From Escherichia coli 042 (lineage in GTDB: Bacteria > Pseudomonadota > Gammaproteobacteria > Enterobacterales > Enterobacteriaceae), in NCBI RefSeq assembly GCF_000027125.1, contig NC_017626.1: a stretch of DNA of 64,000 nucleotides; one strand, given 5' to 3'. The first letter of the stretch is position 1; every line of letters starts with the position of its first letter. Of the stretch, positions 21,192-32,937 are shown piece by piece. The notes below the pieces were generated by a model. The model worked only from the letters and a program-made list of their open reading frames with translations, was not told where the DNA came from and did no database searches. The position numbers were made by a program, and so were the translations under genes.

Positions 21192-23222
21192 ATGAAACTC
21201 GCCGCCTGTTTTCTGACACTCCTTCCTGGCTTCGCCGTTGCCGCCAGCTGGACTTCTCCGGGGTTTCCCGCCTTTAGCGAACAGGGGACGGGAACATTTG
21301 TCAGCCACGCACAGTTGCCCAAAGGTACGCGTCCACTAACGCTAAATTTTGACCAACAGTGCTGGCAGCCTGCGGATGCGATAAAACTCAATCAGATGCT
21401 TTCCCTGCAACCTTGTAGCAACACGCCACCTCAATGGCGATTGTTCAGGGACGGCGAATATACGCTGCAACTAGACACCCGCTCCGGTACACCAACATTG
21501 ATGATATCCATCCAGAACGCCGTCGAACCGGTAGCAAGCCTGGTCCGTGAATGCCCGAAATGGGATGGATTACCGCTCACACTGGATGTCAGCGCCACTT
21601 TTCCGGAGGGAGCCGCAGTCCGGGATTATTACAGCCAGCAAATTGCGATAGTGAAGAACGGTCAAATAACGTTACAACCCGCTGCCACCAGCAACGGTTT
21701 ACTCCTGCTGGAACGGGCAGAAACTGACACATCCGCCCCTTTCGACTGGCATAACGCCACGGTTTACTTTGTGCTGACAGATCGTTTCGAAAACGGCGAT
21801 CCCAGTAATGACCAGAGTTACGGACGTCATAAAGACGGTATGGCAGAAATTGGCACTTTTCACGGCGGCGATTTACGCGGCCTGACCAACAAATTGGATT
21901 ACCTCCAGCAGCTGGGCGTCAATGCTTTATGGATAAGTGCCCCATTTGAGCAAATTCACGGCTGGGTCGGCGGCGGTACAAAAGGCGATTTCCCGCATTA
22001 TGCCTACCACGGTTATTACACACAGGACTGGACGAATCTTGATGCCAATATGGGCAGTGAAGCCGATCTACGGACACTGGTTGATAGCGCGCATCAGCGC
22101 GGTATTCGTATTCTCTTTGATGTCGTGATGAACCACACCGGCTATGCCACACTGGCGGATATGCAGGAGTATCAGTTTGGCGCGTTATATCTTTCTGGTG
22201 ACGAAGTGAAAAAAACGTTGGGTGAACGCTGGAGCGACTGGAAACCTGCCGCCGGGCAAACCTGGCATAGCTTTAACGATTACATTAATTTCAGCGACAA
22301 AACAGGCTGGGATAAATGGTGGGGAAAAAACTGGATCAGAACCGATATCGGCGATTACGACAATCCTGGATTCGACGATCTCACTATGTCGCTGGCCTTT
22401 TTGCCGGATATCAAAACCGAATCAACGACCGCTTCTGGTCTGCCGGTGTTCTATAAAAACAAAACGGATACCCACGCTAAAGTCATCGACGGCTTTACCC
22501 CTCGCGATTACTTAACCCACTGGTTAAGTCAGTGGGTCCGCGACTATGGGATTGATGGTTTTCGGGTCGACACCGTCAAACATGTTGAGTTGCCCGCCTG
22601 GCAGCAACTGAAAACCGAAGCCAGCGCCGCGCTTCGCGAATGGAAAAAAGCTAACCCCGACAAAGCATTAGATGACAAACCTTTCTGGATGACCGGTGAA
22701 GCCTGGGGCCACGGCGTGATGCAAAGTGACTACTATCGCCACGGCTTCGATGCGATGATCAATTTCGATTATCAGGAGCAGGCGGCTAAAGCAGTCGATT
22801 GTCTGGCGCAGATGGATACGACCTGGCAGCAAATGGCGGAGAAATTGCAGGATTTCAACGTGTTGAGCTACCTCTCGTCGCATGATACCCGCCTGTTCCG
22901 TGAAGGGGGCGACAAAGCAGCAGAGTTATTATTATTAGCGCCAGGCGCGGTACAAATCTTTTATGGTGATGAATCCTCGCGTCCGTTCGGCCCCACCGGT
23001 TCGGATCCGCTGCAAGGTACACGTTCGGATATGAACTGGCAGGATGTTAGCGGTAAATCTGCCGCCAGCGTCGCGCACTGGCAGAAAATCAGCCAGTTCC
23101 GCGCCCGCCATCCCGCAATTGGCGCGGGCAAACAAACGACACTTTCGCTGAAGCAGGGCTACGGCTTTGTTCGTGAGCATGGCGACGATAAAGTGCTGGT
23201 CATCTGGGCTGGGCAACAGTGA
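21192..23222 (+). CDS. malS: Periplasmic alpha-amylase
   Basis: 676 aa with signal peptide MKLAACFLTLLPGFAVAA and GH13 motifs (GIRILFDVVMNHTG; GFRVDTVKH). Confidence 0.96.
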   Translation: MKLAACFLTLLPGFAVAASWTSPGFPAFSEQGTGTFVSHAQLPKGTRPLTLNFDQQCWQPADAIKLNQMLSLQPCSNTPPQWRLFRDGEYTLQLDTRSGTPTLMISIQNAVEPVASLVRECPKWDGLPLTLDVSATFPEGAAVRDYYSQQIAIVKNGQITLQPAATSNGLLLLERAETDTSAPFDWHNATVYFVLTDRFENGDPSNDQSYGRHKDGMAEIGTFHGGDLRGLTNKLDYLQQLGVNALWISAPFEQIHGWVGGGTKGDFPHYAYHGYYTQDWTNLDANMGSEADLRTLVDSAHQRGIRILFDVVMNHTGYATLADMQEYQFGALYLSGDEVKKTLGERWSDWKPAAGQTWHSFNDYINFSDKTGWDKWWGKNWIRTDIGDYDNPGFDDLTMSLAFLPDIKTESTTASGLPVFYKNKTDTHAKVIDGFTPRDYLTHWLSQWVRDYGIDGFRVDTVKHVELPAWQQLKTEASAALREWKKANPDKALDDKPFWMTGEAWGHGVMQSDYYRHGFDAMINFDYQEQAAKAVDCLAQMDTTWQQMAEKLQDFNVLSYLSSHDTRLFREGGDKAAELLLLAPGAVQIFYGDESSRPFGPTGSDPLQGTRSDMNWQDVSGKSAASVAHWQKISQFRARHPAIGAGKQTTLSLKQGYGFVREHGDDKVLVIWAGQQ

Positions 23223-23399
23223 CTTTTCCGGCTTCCCGTTCGTCAGTACCTCGGGAAGCCGCCAACCAGGATAAAATGTCAGCCCTAATCAGCGTTGCAG
23301 GATAAAGCACCGCTCACTCTTCAACAGACCGATTTGCACCCCAGCAAATGTAGCGTTATTGTTACCTTCCTTGCTACAGAGTTCGACAGATATCCCGCT

Positions 23400-24653
23400 A
23401 TGACATTCTCCCTTTTTGGTGACAAATTTACCCGCCACTCCGGCATTACGCTGCTGATGGAAGATCTGAACGACGGTTTACGCACGCCTGGCGCGATTAT
23501 GCTCGGCGGCGGTAATCCGGCGCAGATCCCGGAAATGCAGGACTACTTCCAGACGCTACTGACCGACATGCTGGAAAGTGGCAAAGCGACTGATGCACTG
23601 TGCAATTACGACGGTCCACAGGGGAAAACGGAGCTACTCACACTGCTTGCCGGAATGCTGCGCGAGAAGTTGGGTTGGGATATCGAACCACAGAATATTG
23701 CACTAACAAACGGCAGCCAGAGCGCGTTTTTCTACTTATTTAATCTGTTTGCCGGACGCCGTGCCGATGGTCGGGTCAAAAAAGTGCTGTTCCCGCTGGC
23801 ACCGGAATACATTGGCTACGCTGACGCCGGACTGGAAGAAGATCTGTTTGTCTCTGCGCGTCCGAATATTGAACTGCTGCCGGAAGGCCAGTTTAAATAC
23901 CACGTCGATTTTGAGCATCTGCATATTGGCGAAGAAACCGGGATGATTTGCGTCTCCCGGCCGACGAATCCAACAGGCAATGTGATTACTGACGAAGAGT
24001 TGCTGAAGCTTGACGCGCTGGCGAATCAACATGGCATTCCGCTGGTGATTGATAACGCTTATGGCGTCCCGTTCCCGGGTATCATCTTCAGCGAAGCGCG
24101 CCCGCTGTGGAATCCGAATATCGTACTGTGCATGAGTCTTTCCAAGCTGGGGCTACCTGGCTCCCGCTGCGGCATTATCATCGCCAATGAAAAAATCATC
24201 ACCGCCATCACCAATATGAACGGCATTATCAGCCTGGCACCTGGCGGTATTGGTCCGGCGATGATGTGTGAAATGATTAAGCGTAACGATCTGCTGCGCC
24301 TGTCTGAAACAGTCATCAAACCGTTTTACTACCAGCGTGTTCAGGAAACTATCGCTATCATTCGCCGCTATTTACCGGAAGATCGCTGCCTGATTCATAA
24401 ACCCGAAGGAGCCATTTTCCTCTGGCTATGGTTTAAGGATTTGCCAATTACGACCGAGCAGCTCTACCAGCGCCTGAAAGCACGGGGCGTGCTGATGGTG
24501 CCGGGGCACAACTTCTTCCCAGGGCTGGATAAACCGTGGCCACATACACATCAATGTATGCGCATGAACTACGTGCCGGAGCCGGAGAAAATTGAGGCGG
24601 GTGTGAAGATTCTGGCAGAAGAGATAGAAAGAGCCTGGGCTGAAAGTCACTAA
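23400..24653 (+). CDS. avtA: Valine--pyruvate aminotransferase
   Basis: 417 aa from MTFSLFGDKFTRHSGITLLMEDLNDG; track ORF over-extended by 35 codons. Confidence 0.95.
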   Translation: MTFSLFGDKFTRHSGITLLMEDLNDGLRTPGAIMLGGGNPAQIPEMQDYFQTLLTDMLESGKATDALCNYDGPQGKTELLTLLAGMLREKLGWDIEPQNIALTNGSQSAFFYLFNLFAGRRADGRVKKVLFPLAPEYIGYADAGLEEDLFVSARPNIELLPEGQFKYHVDFEHLHIGEETGMICVSRPTNPTGNVITDEELLKLDALANQHGIPLVIDNAYGVPFPGIIFSEARPLWNPNIVLCMSLSKLGLPGSRCGIIIANEKIITAITNMNGIISLAPGGIGPAMMCEMIKRNDLLRLSETVIKPFYYQRVQETIAIIRRYLPEDRCLIHKPEGAIFLWLWFKDLPITTEQLYQRLKARGVLMVPGHNFFPGLDKPWPHTHQCMRMNYVPEPEKIEAGVKILAEEIERAWAESH

Positions 24654-24658
24654 AAATT

Positions 24659-24772
24659 GCCTGATGCGCTACGCTTATCAGGCCTACATGATTTCTGCAA
24701 TATATTGAATTTGGTAGAATTTGTAGGCCGGATAAGGCGTTTTAGCCGCATCCGGCATAAACAAAGCGCACT
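24659..24772. repeat. REP/BIME cluster
   Basis: gcctgatgcgctacgcttatcaggcctaca and gtaggccggataaggcgtt...gccgcatccggca REP-type palindromes. Confidence 0.75.
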
Positions 24773-24804
24773 ATCCCTGCGTTGAGAAACGCCGGAAAAA
24801 CGTT

Positions 24805-25278
24805 TCAAACAGGCTGCTGCCGTAGCCGATGTCGCTGCACTTTCTCGACATCCATGCACTGCAACGCCTTTGTCGGGCAGGCTTCAACACAGGCCGGTCC
24901 CGTCGCCCGATGCCAGCACAGATCGCACTTAATCGCCCTCGCCTTTTTGCGCGAAGAAACGACCTCCATCGCACCAAACGGGCAAGCCAGCATACAGCTT
25001 TTACAGCCAATGCAACGTGATTGTTCAACGAAAATATGCCCATGTTCGCGGCTTATCGCGTCAACAGGGCAGACATTCGCGCACGGTGCATCTTCACACT
25101 GATGGCAGGCTACTGCCGTGGTCCAGCTGTGGTCTTTAATAACACGAATACGGGAAATAAACTCGTCTGGTGACAACGCAGCGCAATCCTGATTTTCCTG
25201 ATGCGACACTGCGCAAGCCACTTCACAGGTACGGCAACCGATACATTTCGTCGCATCTGCAATAATAAACCGGTTCAT
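24805..25278 (-). CDS. ysaA: 4Fe-4S ferredoxin-type protein YsaA
   Basis: ~157 aa with multiple CxxCxxCxxxCP iron-sulfur motifs; start Met uncertain by 2 codons. Confidence 0.88.
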   Translation of the reverse strand: MNRFIIADATKCIGCRTCEVACAVSHQENQDCAALSPDEFISRIRVIKDHSWTTAVACHQCEDAPCANVCPVDAISREHGHIFVEQSRCIGCKSCMLACPFGAMEVVSSRKKARAIKCDLCWHRATGPACVEACPTKALQCMDVEKVQRHRLRQQPV

Positions 25279-25379
25279 GATCACTCCTTTGCACTAAAAC
25301 AGCAGAGTGCCAGAGAGCGCGTCTCTACTGCTTTGATCCAACGAAGGAAATGTTAAAGTTTTGGCACTTGTCCAAAGGG

Positions 25380-26228
25380 TTATGTGATCGCGCCCTGGTC
25401 GTCCCTGACAGTAAATCCCAGTTCATTAGAAATAGCCTGCGCGGTTTCACGCAGTGGTTTCAGGAGATTTTTCTCCCCCACCTGTTTCAGACGTGATGTC
25501 GAAAGAGAAATCGACACGGCGTACGGCACCCGCCCATGAATATCAAACACCGGAACAGCAATACAGGAGACGCCGAGTTCGTTTTCTTCTCTGTCCATCG
25601 CCGCTCCGCTTTCACGAATGTGCGCCAGTTCGTCGAACATCGCGGGGAGCTCGGTAATGGTATTGCGGGTTAACGGCTGGATCTCATGCTGATGGCTTTC
25701 CCAGTATGACTTCACGTAGTCCGGGTGACCAAACGCCATGTAGATCTTGCCCATTGCGGAACAGTAGAGCGGCATATGCTGGCCTATATAGGCACGGGTT
25801 CGCAGCATCCCGGTTGTGGGTTCCAGCTTATAAATCAAAATAGCGTGATCGTCTTCGCGGCTCGAGAAGTTAATGGTTTCACCAGTGGCGATGTTCAGTG
25901 CCTCAAGATGCGGAGCGGCGATATGAATGATATTCAGCGAAGACAGCGCCTTCTGCCCGACGGCAATAAATTTGGTAGTCAGGCGGTAACTCCCTGCGGC
26001 GGGCGCGGTGGTCACATAGCCGCAGGATTGTAATCCCTGCAATAAGCGATGGACGGTACTCTTATTTAAACCAGCCAGCTCCGAAAGATGCGCCAACGGA
26101 CAACCGTTTGGATAGTTGCTCAAAATCTCAATCAGCATCAACCCGCGAAACAGACTCTGGCTTCCGGCTGGACGCTCTTTTTCCTGCGCCATCTCGTTCT
26201 CTTTTTTTCCCATCACTTCTTTCCCCAT
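25380..26228 (-). CDS. yiaJ: IclR-family transcriptional repressor YiaJ (regulator of yiaK-S operon)
   Basis: 282 aa, N-terminal HTH (LAHLSELAGLNKSTVHRLLQGL) and IclR effector domain; divergent from yiaK. Confidence 0.93.
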   Translation of the reverse strand: MGKEVMGKKENEMAQEKERPAGSQSLFRGLMLIEILSNYPNGCPLAHLSELAGLNKSTVHRLLQGLQSCGYVTTAPAAGSYRLTTKFIAVGQKALSSLNIIHIAAPHLEALNIATGETINFSSREDDHAILIYKLEPTTGMLRTRAYIGQHMPLYCSAMGKIYMAFGHPDYVKSYWESHQHEIQPLTRNTITELPAMFDELAHIRESGAAMDREENELGVSCIAVPVFDIHGRVPYAVSISLSTSRLKQVGEKNLLKPLRETAQAISNELGFTVRDDQGAIT

Positions 26229-26430
26229 TTTGTCGCGTCCTGATGGTAGCGCAAAGTGTGTCGTAGTTCACGATCTCGACAGATAATTTATAACCACTTG
26301 ATTTTTAAGTTTTTTGAAATTCATCAATCAGATTGCTTTGTTAAAAAGCGATCGATATATTTGAAATCAGATTTCGCATATTGAAATTTTATGCCAAAAA
26401 AGCGATCAAAAAAAAACAAGGAAGCCAGGG

Positions 26431-27429
26431 ATGAAAGTGACATTTGAGCAGTTAAAAGCAGCCTTTAATCGAGTCTTAATTTCACGCGGCGTTGACAGCG
26501 AAACGGCTGATGCCTGTGCCGAGATGTTCGCCCGCACCACCGAATCCGGCGTTTATTCTCACGGCGTCAACCGTTTCCCTCGTTTCATTCAACAACTGGA
26601 AAACGGCGATATCATTCCCAATGCCCAACCCAAACGTATAACCAGCCTCGGCGCAATTGAACAGTGGGACGCCCAGCGTTCGATCGGTAACCTGACAGCG
26701 AAAAAGATGATGGATCGCGCCATTGAACTGGCTGCCGATCACGGTATTGGTCTGGTGGCACTACGTAATGCCAACCACTGGATGCGCGGCGGCAGCTACG
26801 GCTGGCAGGCGGCGGAAAAAGGCTATATTGGCATTTGCTGGACCAACTCCATCGCCGTAATGCCGCCGTGGGGCGCAAAAGAGTGTCGTATCGGCACCAA
26901 CCCGCTGATCGTCGCCATTCCTTCTACCCCAATCACCATGGTCGATATGTCGATGTCGATGTTCTCTTACGGCATGTTAGAAGTTAACCGTCTGGCAGGC
27001 CGTCAGCTCCCGGTCGATGGTGGCTTTGATGATGAGGGCAATTTGACCAAAGAACCTGGCGTTATCGAGAAGAATCGCCGCATTTTGCCGATGGGCTACT
27101 GGAAAGGTTCTGGCATGTCGATTGTGCTGGATATGATCGCCACTCTCCTTTCTGACGGCGCATCGGTTGCCGAAGTCACCCAGGACAACAGCGACGAATA
27201 CGGCATTTCACAAATTTTTATTGCCATTGAAGTAGATAAGCTTATCGACGGCCCCACCCGCGATGCCAAGCTGCAACGCATCATGGATTACGTTACTACC
27301 GCTGAACGCGCTGACGAAAACCAGGCCATCCGCTTACCCGGCCACGAATTTACTACCCTGCTGGCCGAAAACCGCCGTAACGGCATCACCGTTGATGACA
27401 GCGTGTGGGCCAAAATCCAGGCGTTATGA
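26431..27429 (+). CDS. yiaK: 2,3-diketo-L-gulonate reductase
   Basis: 332 aa, Ldh_2 family malate/L-lactate dehydrogenase-like; first gene of yiaK-S operon. Confidence 0.93.
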   Translation: MKVTFEQLKAAFNRVLISRGVDSETADACAEMFARTTESGVYSHGVNRFPRFIQQLENGDIIPNAQPKRITSLGAIEQWDAQRSIGNLTAKKMMDRAIELAADHGIGLVALRNANHWMRGGSYGWQAAEKGYIGICWTNSIAVMPPWGAKECRIGTNPLIVAIPSTPITMVDMSMSMFSYGMLEVNRLAGRQLPVDGGFDDEGNLTKEPGVIEKNRRILPMGYWKGSGMSIVLDMIATLLSDGASVAEVTQDNSDEYGISQIFIAIEVDKLIDGPTRDAKLQRIMDYVTTAERADENQAIRLPGHEFTTLLAENRRNGITVDDSVWAKIQAL

Positions 27430-27437
27430 GGAGATAA

Positions 27438-27908
<471 letters not shown>

Positions 27909-28025
27909 TCGAATAATCGTCTACGCCAGAACGCCTGGGTAATGTTATTGCTCTAACTATATTAATAATTTAGGTTGCTGCACATGCAACTTGAATTATG
28001 ACAGACATAGCCTCAAGGAATAGCT

Positions 28026-28499
28026 ATGAAAAAAATACTTGAAGCAATACTGGCGATTAATCTCGCCGTACTTTCCTGTATTGTGTTTATAAACATTATT
28101 TTAAGATATGGTTTTCAGACAAGCATTTTATCTGTAGATGAATTGTCACGTTATTTATTTGTCTGGTTAACATTTATTGGCGCGATTGTGGCTTTTATGG
28201 ATAACGCCCACGTTCAGGTCACCTTTCTGGTGGAGAAACTCTCCCCCGCATGGCAGCGACGAGTCGCTCTGGTTACCCATTCCTTAATCTTATTTATTTG
28301 TGGCGCACTGGCCTGGGGCGCAACGCTAAAAACAATTCAGGACTGGAGCGATTATTCACCGATCCTCGGTTTGCCCATCGGCCTGATGTATGCCGCTTGT
28401 CTGCCCACCAGCCTCGTTATCGCATTCTTTGAACTGCGTCATTTATATCAACTCATCACGCGTAGCAATTCTCTAACGTCGCCACCGCAAGGAGCTTAA
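28026..28499 (+). CDS. yiaM: TRAP transporter small permease subunit
   Basis: 157 aa, four predicted TM helices; precedes large permease. Confidence 0.92.
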
Positions 28500-28501
28500 T
28501 C

Positions 28502-29779
28502 ATGGCTGTGCTGATTTTTCTGGGCTGTCTGTTGGGTGGTATTGCTATCGGTTTGCCTATTGCCTGGGCACTGTTGTTGTGCGGAGCGGCGTTAATGTTC
28601 TGGCTGGAGATGTTTGATGTCCAGATCATGGCACAAACGCTGGTGAACGGAGCCGACAGCTTCTCCCTGCTGGCGATCCCGTTCTTTGTGCTGGCGGGTG
28701 AAATCATGAATGCGGGCGGCTTGTCGAAACGCATTGTTGACCTGCCGATGAAACTGGTGGGGCATAAGCCTGGTGGGCTTGGCTACGTCGGCGTGCTGGC
28801 GGCAATGATTATGGCGAGCCTTTCCGGTTCTGCCGTTGCAGATACCGCCGCCGTTGCCGCACTACTGGTGCCGATGATGCGCAGCGCCAACTACCCGGTC
28901 AACCGGGCTGCGGGGCTGATTGCCTCTGGCGGCATTATCGCGCCAATTATTCCCCCTTCCATTCCGTTTATTATCTTCGGCGTTTCCAGCGGATTATCCA
29001 TCAGTAAGCTGTTTATGGCGGGCATTGCCCCAGGCATTATGATGGGCGCAACGCTGATGCTTACCTGGTGGTGGCAGGCCAGTCGTCTTAACTTACCCCG
29101 CCAGCAAAAAGCGACGATGCAGGAAATCTGGCACTCTTTTGTCTCCGGTATCTGGGCGCTGTTTCTTCCGGTCATCATTATTGGGGGTTTTCGCTCCGGT
29201 CTGTTTACCCCTACCGAAGCCGGGGCCGTTGCTGCTTTCTATGCGCTGTTTGTCGCCACAGTTATTTACCGTGAAATGACCTTCGCCACACTTTGGCATG
29301 TGCTCATTGGCGCAGCGAAAACGACCTCAGTGGTGATGTTTCTGGTGGCCTCGGCACAAGTTTCCGCCTGGCTGATCACCATTGCTGAACTGCCGATGAT
29401 GGTTTCTGATTTACTGCAACCGCTGGTCGATTCACCGCGTCTGCTGTTTATCATCATTATGGTGGCTATCCTGATTGTCGGCATGGTCATGGATTTAACG
29501 CCGACGGTATTAATTCTTACCCCGGTATTAATGCCTTTAGTTAAAGAGGCAGGAATCGATCCGATTTATTTCGGTGTCATGTTTATCATTAACTGCTCAA
29601 TCGGCTTAATTACACCGCCTATCGGTAATGTGCTTAACGTTATTTCAGGGGTGGCAAAACTCAAATTCGATGATGCAGTCAGAGGCGTTTTCCCTTACGT
29701 CCTGGTTTTATATTCATTATTAGTCGTATTTGTTTTTATTCCCGATCTCATCATCCTCCCTTTGAAATGGATTAATTAA
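28502..29779 (+). CDS. yiaN: TRAP transporter large permease subunit (DctM family)
   Basis: 425 aa polytopic membrane protein. Confidence 0.92.
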   Translation: MAVLIFLGCLLGGIAIGLPIAWALLLCGAALMFWLEMFDVQIMAQTLVNGADSFSLLAIPFFVLAGEIMNAGGLSKRIVDLPMKLVGHKPGGLGYVGVLAAMIMASLSGSAVADTAAVAALLVPMMRSANYPVNRAAGLIASGGIIAPIIPPSIPFIIFGVSSGLSISKLFMAGIAPGIMMGATLMLTWWWQASRLNLPRQQKATMQEIWHSFVSGIWALFLPVIIIGGFRSGLFTPTEAGAVAAFYALFVATVIYREMTFATLWHVLIGAAKTTSVVMFLVASAQVSAWLITIAELPMMVSDLLQPLVDSPRLLFIIIMVAILIVGMVMDLTPTVLILTPVLMPLVKEAGIDPIYFGVMFIINCSIGLITPPIGNVLNVISGVAKLKFDDAVRGVFPYVLVLYSLLVVFVFIPDLIILPLKWIN

Positions 29780-29791
29780 AAGGAAAATATT

Positions 29792-30778
29792 ATGAAATTA
29801 CGCTCTGTAACCTACGCATTATTCATTGCTGGCCTGACTGCATTCAGCACATCTTCTCTGGCGGCACAATCTTTACGTTTCGGTTATGAAACATCACAAA
29901 CCGACTCGCAACATATTGCGGCGAAAAAATCCAATGAATTATTACAGGAAAAAACCAAAGGCGAACTGAAATTAAAATTGTTTCCGGATAGCACCCTCGG
30001 TAATGCGCAGGCGATGATCAGCGGCGTGCGTGGCGGCACTATTGATATGGAGATGTCTGGCTCTAACAACTTTACGGGGCTCTCGCCCGTCATCAACCTG
30101 CTCGACGTCCCTTTCCTGTTCCGCGATACCGCTCACGCGCATAAAACGCTCGACGGCAAAGTCGGTGATGATCTGAAAGCCTCACTTGAAGGTAAGGGAC
30201 TGAAAGTACTGGCCTACTGGGAAAACGGCTGGCGCGATGTCACCAACTCGCGCGCACCGGTTAAAACCCCCGCCGACCTGAAAGGGCTGAAAATTCGCAC
30301 CAACAATAGCCCGATGAATATCGCCGCATTCAAAGTCTTTGGCGCTAACCCGATCCCGATGCCGTTTGCCGAAGTCTATACCGGGCTGGAAACGCGCACT
30401 ATCGACGCTCAGGAACACCCGATCAACGTCGTCTGGTCAGCAAAATTTTTCGAAGTACAGAAGTACCTTTCTCTGACGCACCACGCCTATTCGCCACTTC
30501 TGGTGGTGATCAACAAAGCGAAGTTTGACGGCTTAACCCCGGAGTTCCAGCAGGCGCTGATCTCATCTGCGCAGGAAGCGGGTAACTACCAGCGCAAACT
30601 GGTTGCCGAAGATCAGCAAAAAATCATCGACGGCATGAAAGAAGCGGGCGTGGAAGTCATCACCGATCTCGACCGCAAAGCCTTTAGCGACGCACTGGGG
30701 AATCAGGTTCGCGACATGTTTGTTAAAGATGTGCCGCAGGGAGCTGATCTGCTGAAAGCCGTGGATGAGGTGCAATAA
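29792..30778 (+). CDS. yiaO: TRAP transporter periplasmic solute-binding protein (DctP family)
   Basis: 328 aa with signal peptide MKLRSVTYALFIAGLTAFSTSSLA. Confidence 0.92.
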   Translation: MKLRSVTYALFIAGLTAFSTSSLAAQSLRFGYETSQTDSQHIAAKKSNELLQEKTKGELKLKLFPDSTLGNAQAMISGVRGGTIDMEMSGSNNFTGLSPVINLLDVPFLFRDTAHAHKTLDGKVGDDLKASLEGKGLKVLAYWENGWRDVTNSRAPVKTPADLKGLKIRTNNSPMNIAAFKVFGANPIPMPFAEVYTGLETRTIDAQEHPINVVWSAKFFEVQKYLSLTHHAYSPLLVVINKAKFDGLTPEFQQALISSAQEAGNYQRKLVAEDQQKIIDGMKEAGVEVITDLDRKAFSDALGNQVRDMFVKDVPQGADLLKAVDEVQ

Positions 30779-30781
30779 ACC

Positions 30782-32278
30782 ATGACGCAATACTGGCTGG
30801 GGTTAGATTGTGGCGGTAGCTGGCTGAAAGCCGGGCTGTATGACCGCGAAGGCCGGGAGGCAGGCGTACAACGCCTGCCGCTGTGCGCATTAAGCCCGCA
30901 GCCAGGCTGGGCAGAGCGCGATATGGCAGAACTGTGGCAATGCTGCATGGCTGTCATTCGCCCCCTGCTTACTCATTCTGGTGTTAGCGGGGAACAAATA
31001 GTCGGTATCGGCATCTCCGCACAGGGAAAGGGCTTGTTTTTGCTGGATAAAAACGACAAGCCGCTCGGTAACGCCATTTTGTCCTCGGATCGCCGGGCGA
31101 TGGAAATCGTTCGTCGCTGGCAGGAAGATGGCATCCCGGAAAAACTCTACCCGCTGACGCGACAAACCTTGTGGACCGGGCATCCGGTGTCGCTGTTACG
31201 CTGGCTGAAAGAGCACGAACCGGAACGCTACGCGCAAATTGGCTGCGTGATGATGACGCACGACTACCTGCGCTGGTGTTTAACCGGCGTCAAAGGTTGC
31301 GAAGAGAGCAATATTTCTGAGTCCAATCTCTACAACATGAGTCTTGGGGAATATGACCCGTGCCTCACCGACTGGCTGGGGATCGCTGAAATCAACCACG
31401 CCCTGCCGCCTGTTGTCGGATCTGCCGAAATCTGCGGGGAGATCACCGCTCAGACAGCCGCACTGACCGGTCTGAAAGCGGGTACGCCCATTGTCGGCGG
31501 CCTGTTTGATGTGGTTTCCACCGCACTCTGTGCCGGGATCGAAGACGAATTTACCCTTAATGCGGTGATGGGCACCTGGGCGGTGACCAGCGGCATAACC
31601 CGTGGTTTACGTGACGGTGAAGCGCATCCGTATGTCTATGGTCGCTACGTTAACGATGGTCAATTTATCGTTCACGAAGCCAGCCCTACCTCTTCCGGCA
31701 ACCTCGAATGGTTTACCGCACAGTGGGGAGAAATCTCGTTTGATGAGATTAACCAGGCCGTTGCCAGCTTGCCGAAGGCCGGGGGCGATCTCTTTTTCCT
31801 GCCGTTCCTGTACGGCAGCAACGCCGGACTCGAGATGACTAGCGGTTTCTACGGGATGCAGGCCATTCACACCCGCGCACACCTGTTGCAGGCCATTTAT
31901 GAAGGCGTAGTGTTCAGCCATATGACCCATCTCAACCGGATGCGCGAACGTTTTACTGATGTGCACACCCTGCGCGTCACTGGCGGCCCGGCGCATTCCG
32001 ATGTCTGGATGCAAATGCTGGCGGACGTCAGCGGGCTGCGTATCGAACTGCCGCAGGTGGAAGAAACCGGCTGCTTTGGTGCGGCACTTGCCGCCCGCGT
32101 CGGCACCGGAGTTTATCGCGATTTCAGCGAAGCCCAACGTGATTTACAGCACCCGGTACGCACCCTGCTGCCGGATATGACCGCCCATCAGCTTTACCAA
32201 CAAAAATACCAACGCTATCAGCATCTCATTGCCGCACTTCAGGGCTTTCACGCCCGCATCAAGGAGCACACATTATGA
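30782..32278 (+). CDS. lyxK: L-xylulose/3-keto-L-gulonate kinase
   Basis: 498 aa FGGY-family kinase MTQYWLGLDCGGSWLKAGLYD... Confidence 0.93.
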   Translation: MTQYWLGLDCGGSWLKAGLYDREGREAGVQRLPLCALSPQPGWAERDMAELWQCCMAVIRPLLTHSGVSGEQIVGIGISAQGKGLFLLDKNDKPLGNAILSSDRRAMEIVRRWQEDGIPEKLYPLTRQTLWTGHPVSLLRWLKEHEPERYAQIGCVMMTHDYLRWCLTGVKGCEESNISESNLYNMSLGEYDPCLTDWLGIAEINHALPPVVGSAEICGEITAQTAALTGLKAGTPIVGGLFDVVSTALCAGIEDEFTLNAVMGTWAVTSGITRGLRDGEAHPYVYGRYVNDGQFIVHEASPTSSGNLEWFTAQWGEISFDEINQAVASLPKAGGDLFFLPFLYGSNAGLEMTSGFYGMQAIHTRAHLLQAIYEGVVFSHMTHLNRMRERFTDVHTLRVTGGPAHSDVWMQMLADVSGLRIELPQVEETGCFGAALAARVGTGVYRDFSEAQRDLQHPVRTLLPDMTAHQLYQQKYQRYQHLIAALQGFHARIKEHTL

Positions 32279-32937
32279 GCCGACCACTTCTGCAACTGGC
32301 CCTCGACCACTCATCACTTGAAGACGCACAGCGCGACGTGATGCTGTTAAAAGACAGCGTCGATATCGTCGAAGCGGGCACCATTCTCTGTTTAAACGAA
32401 GGGCTTGGCGCAGTGAAAGCCTTGCGCGAACAGTGCCCGAACAAAATCATCGTCGCTGACTGGAAGGTCGCCGATGCCGGTGAAACGCTCGCGCAACAGG
32501 CGTTTGGCGCAGGCGCTAACTGGATGACCATCATCTGCGCCGCACCGCTCGCGACGGTAGAAAAAGGTCACACAATGGCGCAACGCTGCGGTGGTGAAAT
32601 CCAGATCGAGCTGTTCGGTAACTGGACGCTGGACGACGCCCGCGACTGGCATCGTATTGGCGTGCGGCAGGCGATTTATCATCGTGGTCGTGATGCACAG
32701 GCCAGCGGGCAACAGTGGGGCGAAGCCGATCTGGCACGCATGAAGGCGCTTTCCGATATCGGCCTTGAGCTTTCCATTACCGGCGGTATTACTCCTGCTG
32801 ATCTGCCACTGTTTAAAGATATTCGCGTGAAAGCGTTTATTGCCGGGCGAGCACTGGCAGGCGCGGCAAATCCGGCACAGGTGGCAGGCGATTTCCATGC
32901 GCAAATCGACGCTATCTGGGGAGGCGCGCGTGCGTAA
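32275..32937 (+). CDS. sgbH: 3-keto-L-gulonate-6-phosphate decarboxylase
   Basis: 220 aa OMP-decarboxylase-like; overlaps lyxK stop by 4 bp. Confidence 0.93.
   Translation: MSRPLLQLALDHSSLEDAQRDVMLLKDSVDIVEAGTILCLNEGLGAVKALREQCPNKIIVADWKVADAGETLAQQAFGAGANWMTIICAAPLATVEKGHTMAQRCGGEIQIELFGNWTLDDARDWHRIGVRQAIYHRGRDAQASGQQWGEADLARMKALSDIGLELSITGGITPADLPLFKDIRVKAFIAGRALAGAANPAQVAGDFHAQIDAIWGGARA

Noticed and set aside
31607-32137. 176-aa minus-strand ORF inside lyxK
   Set aside because: Antisense to the intact lyxK frame; no independent coding signal.
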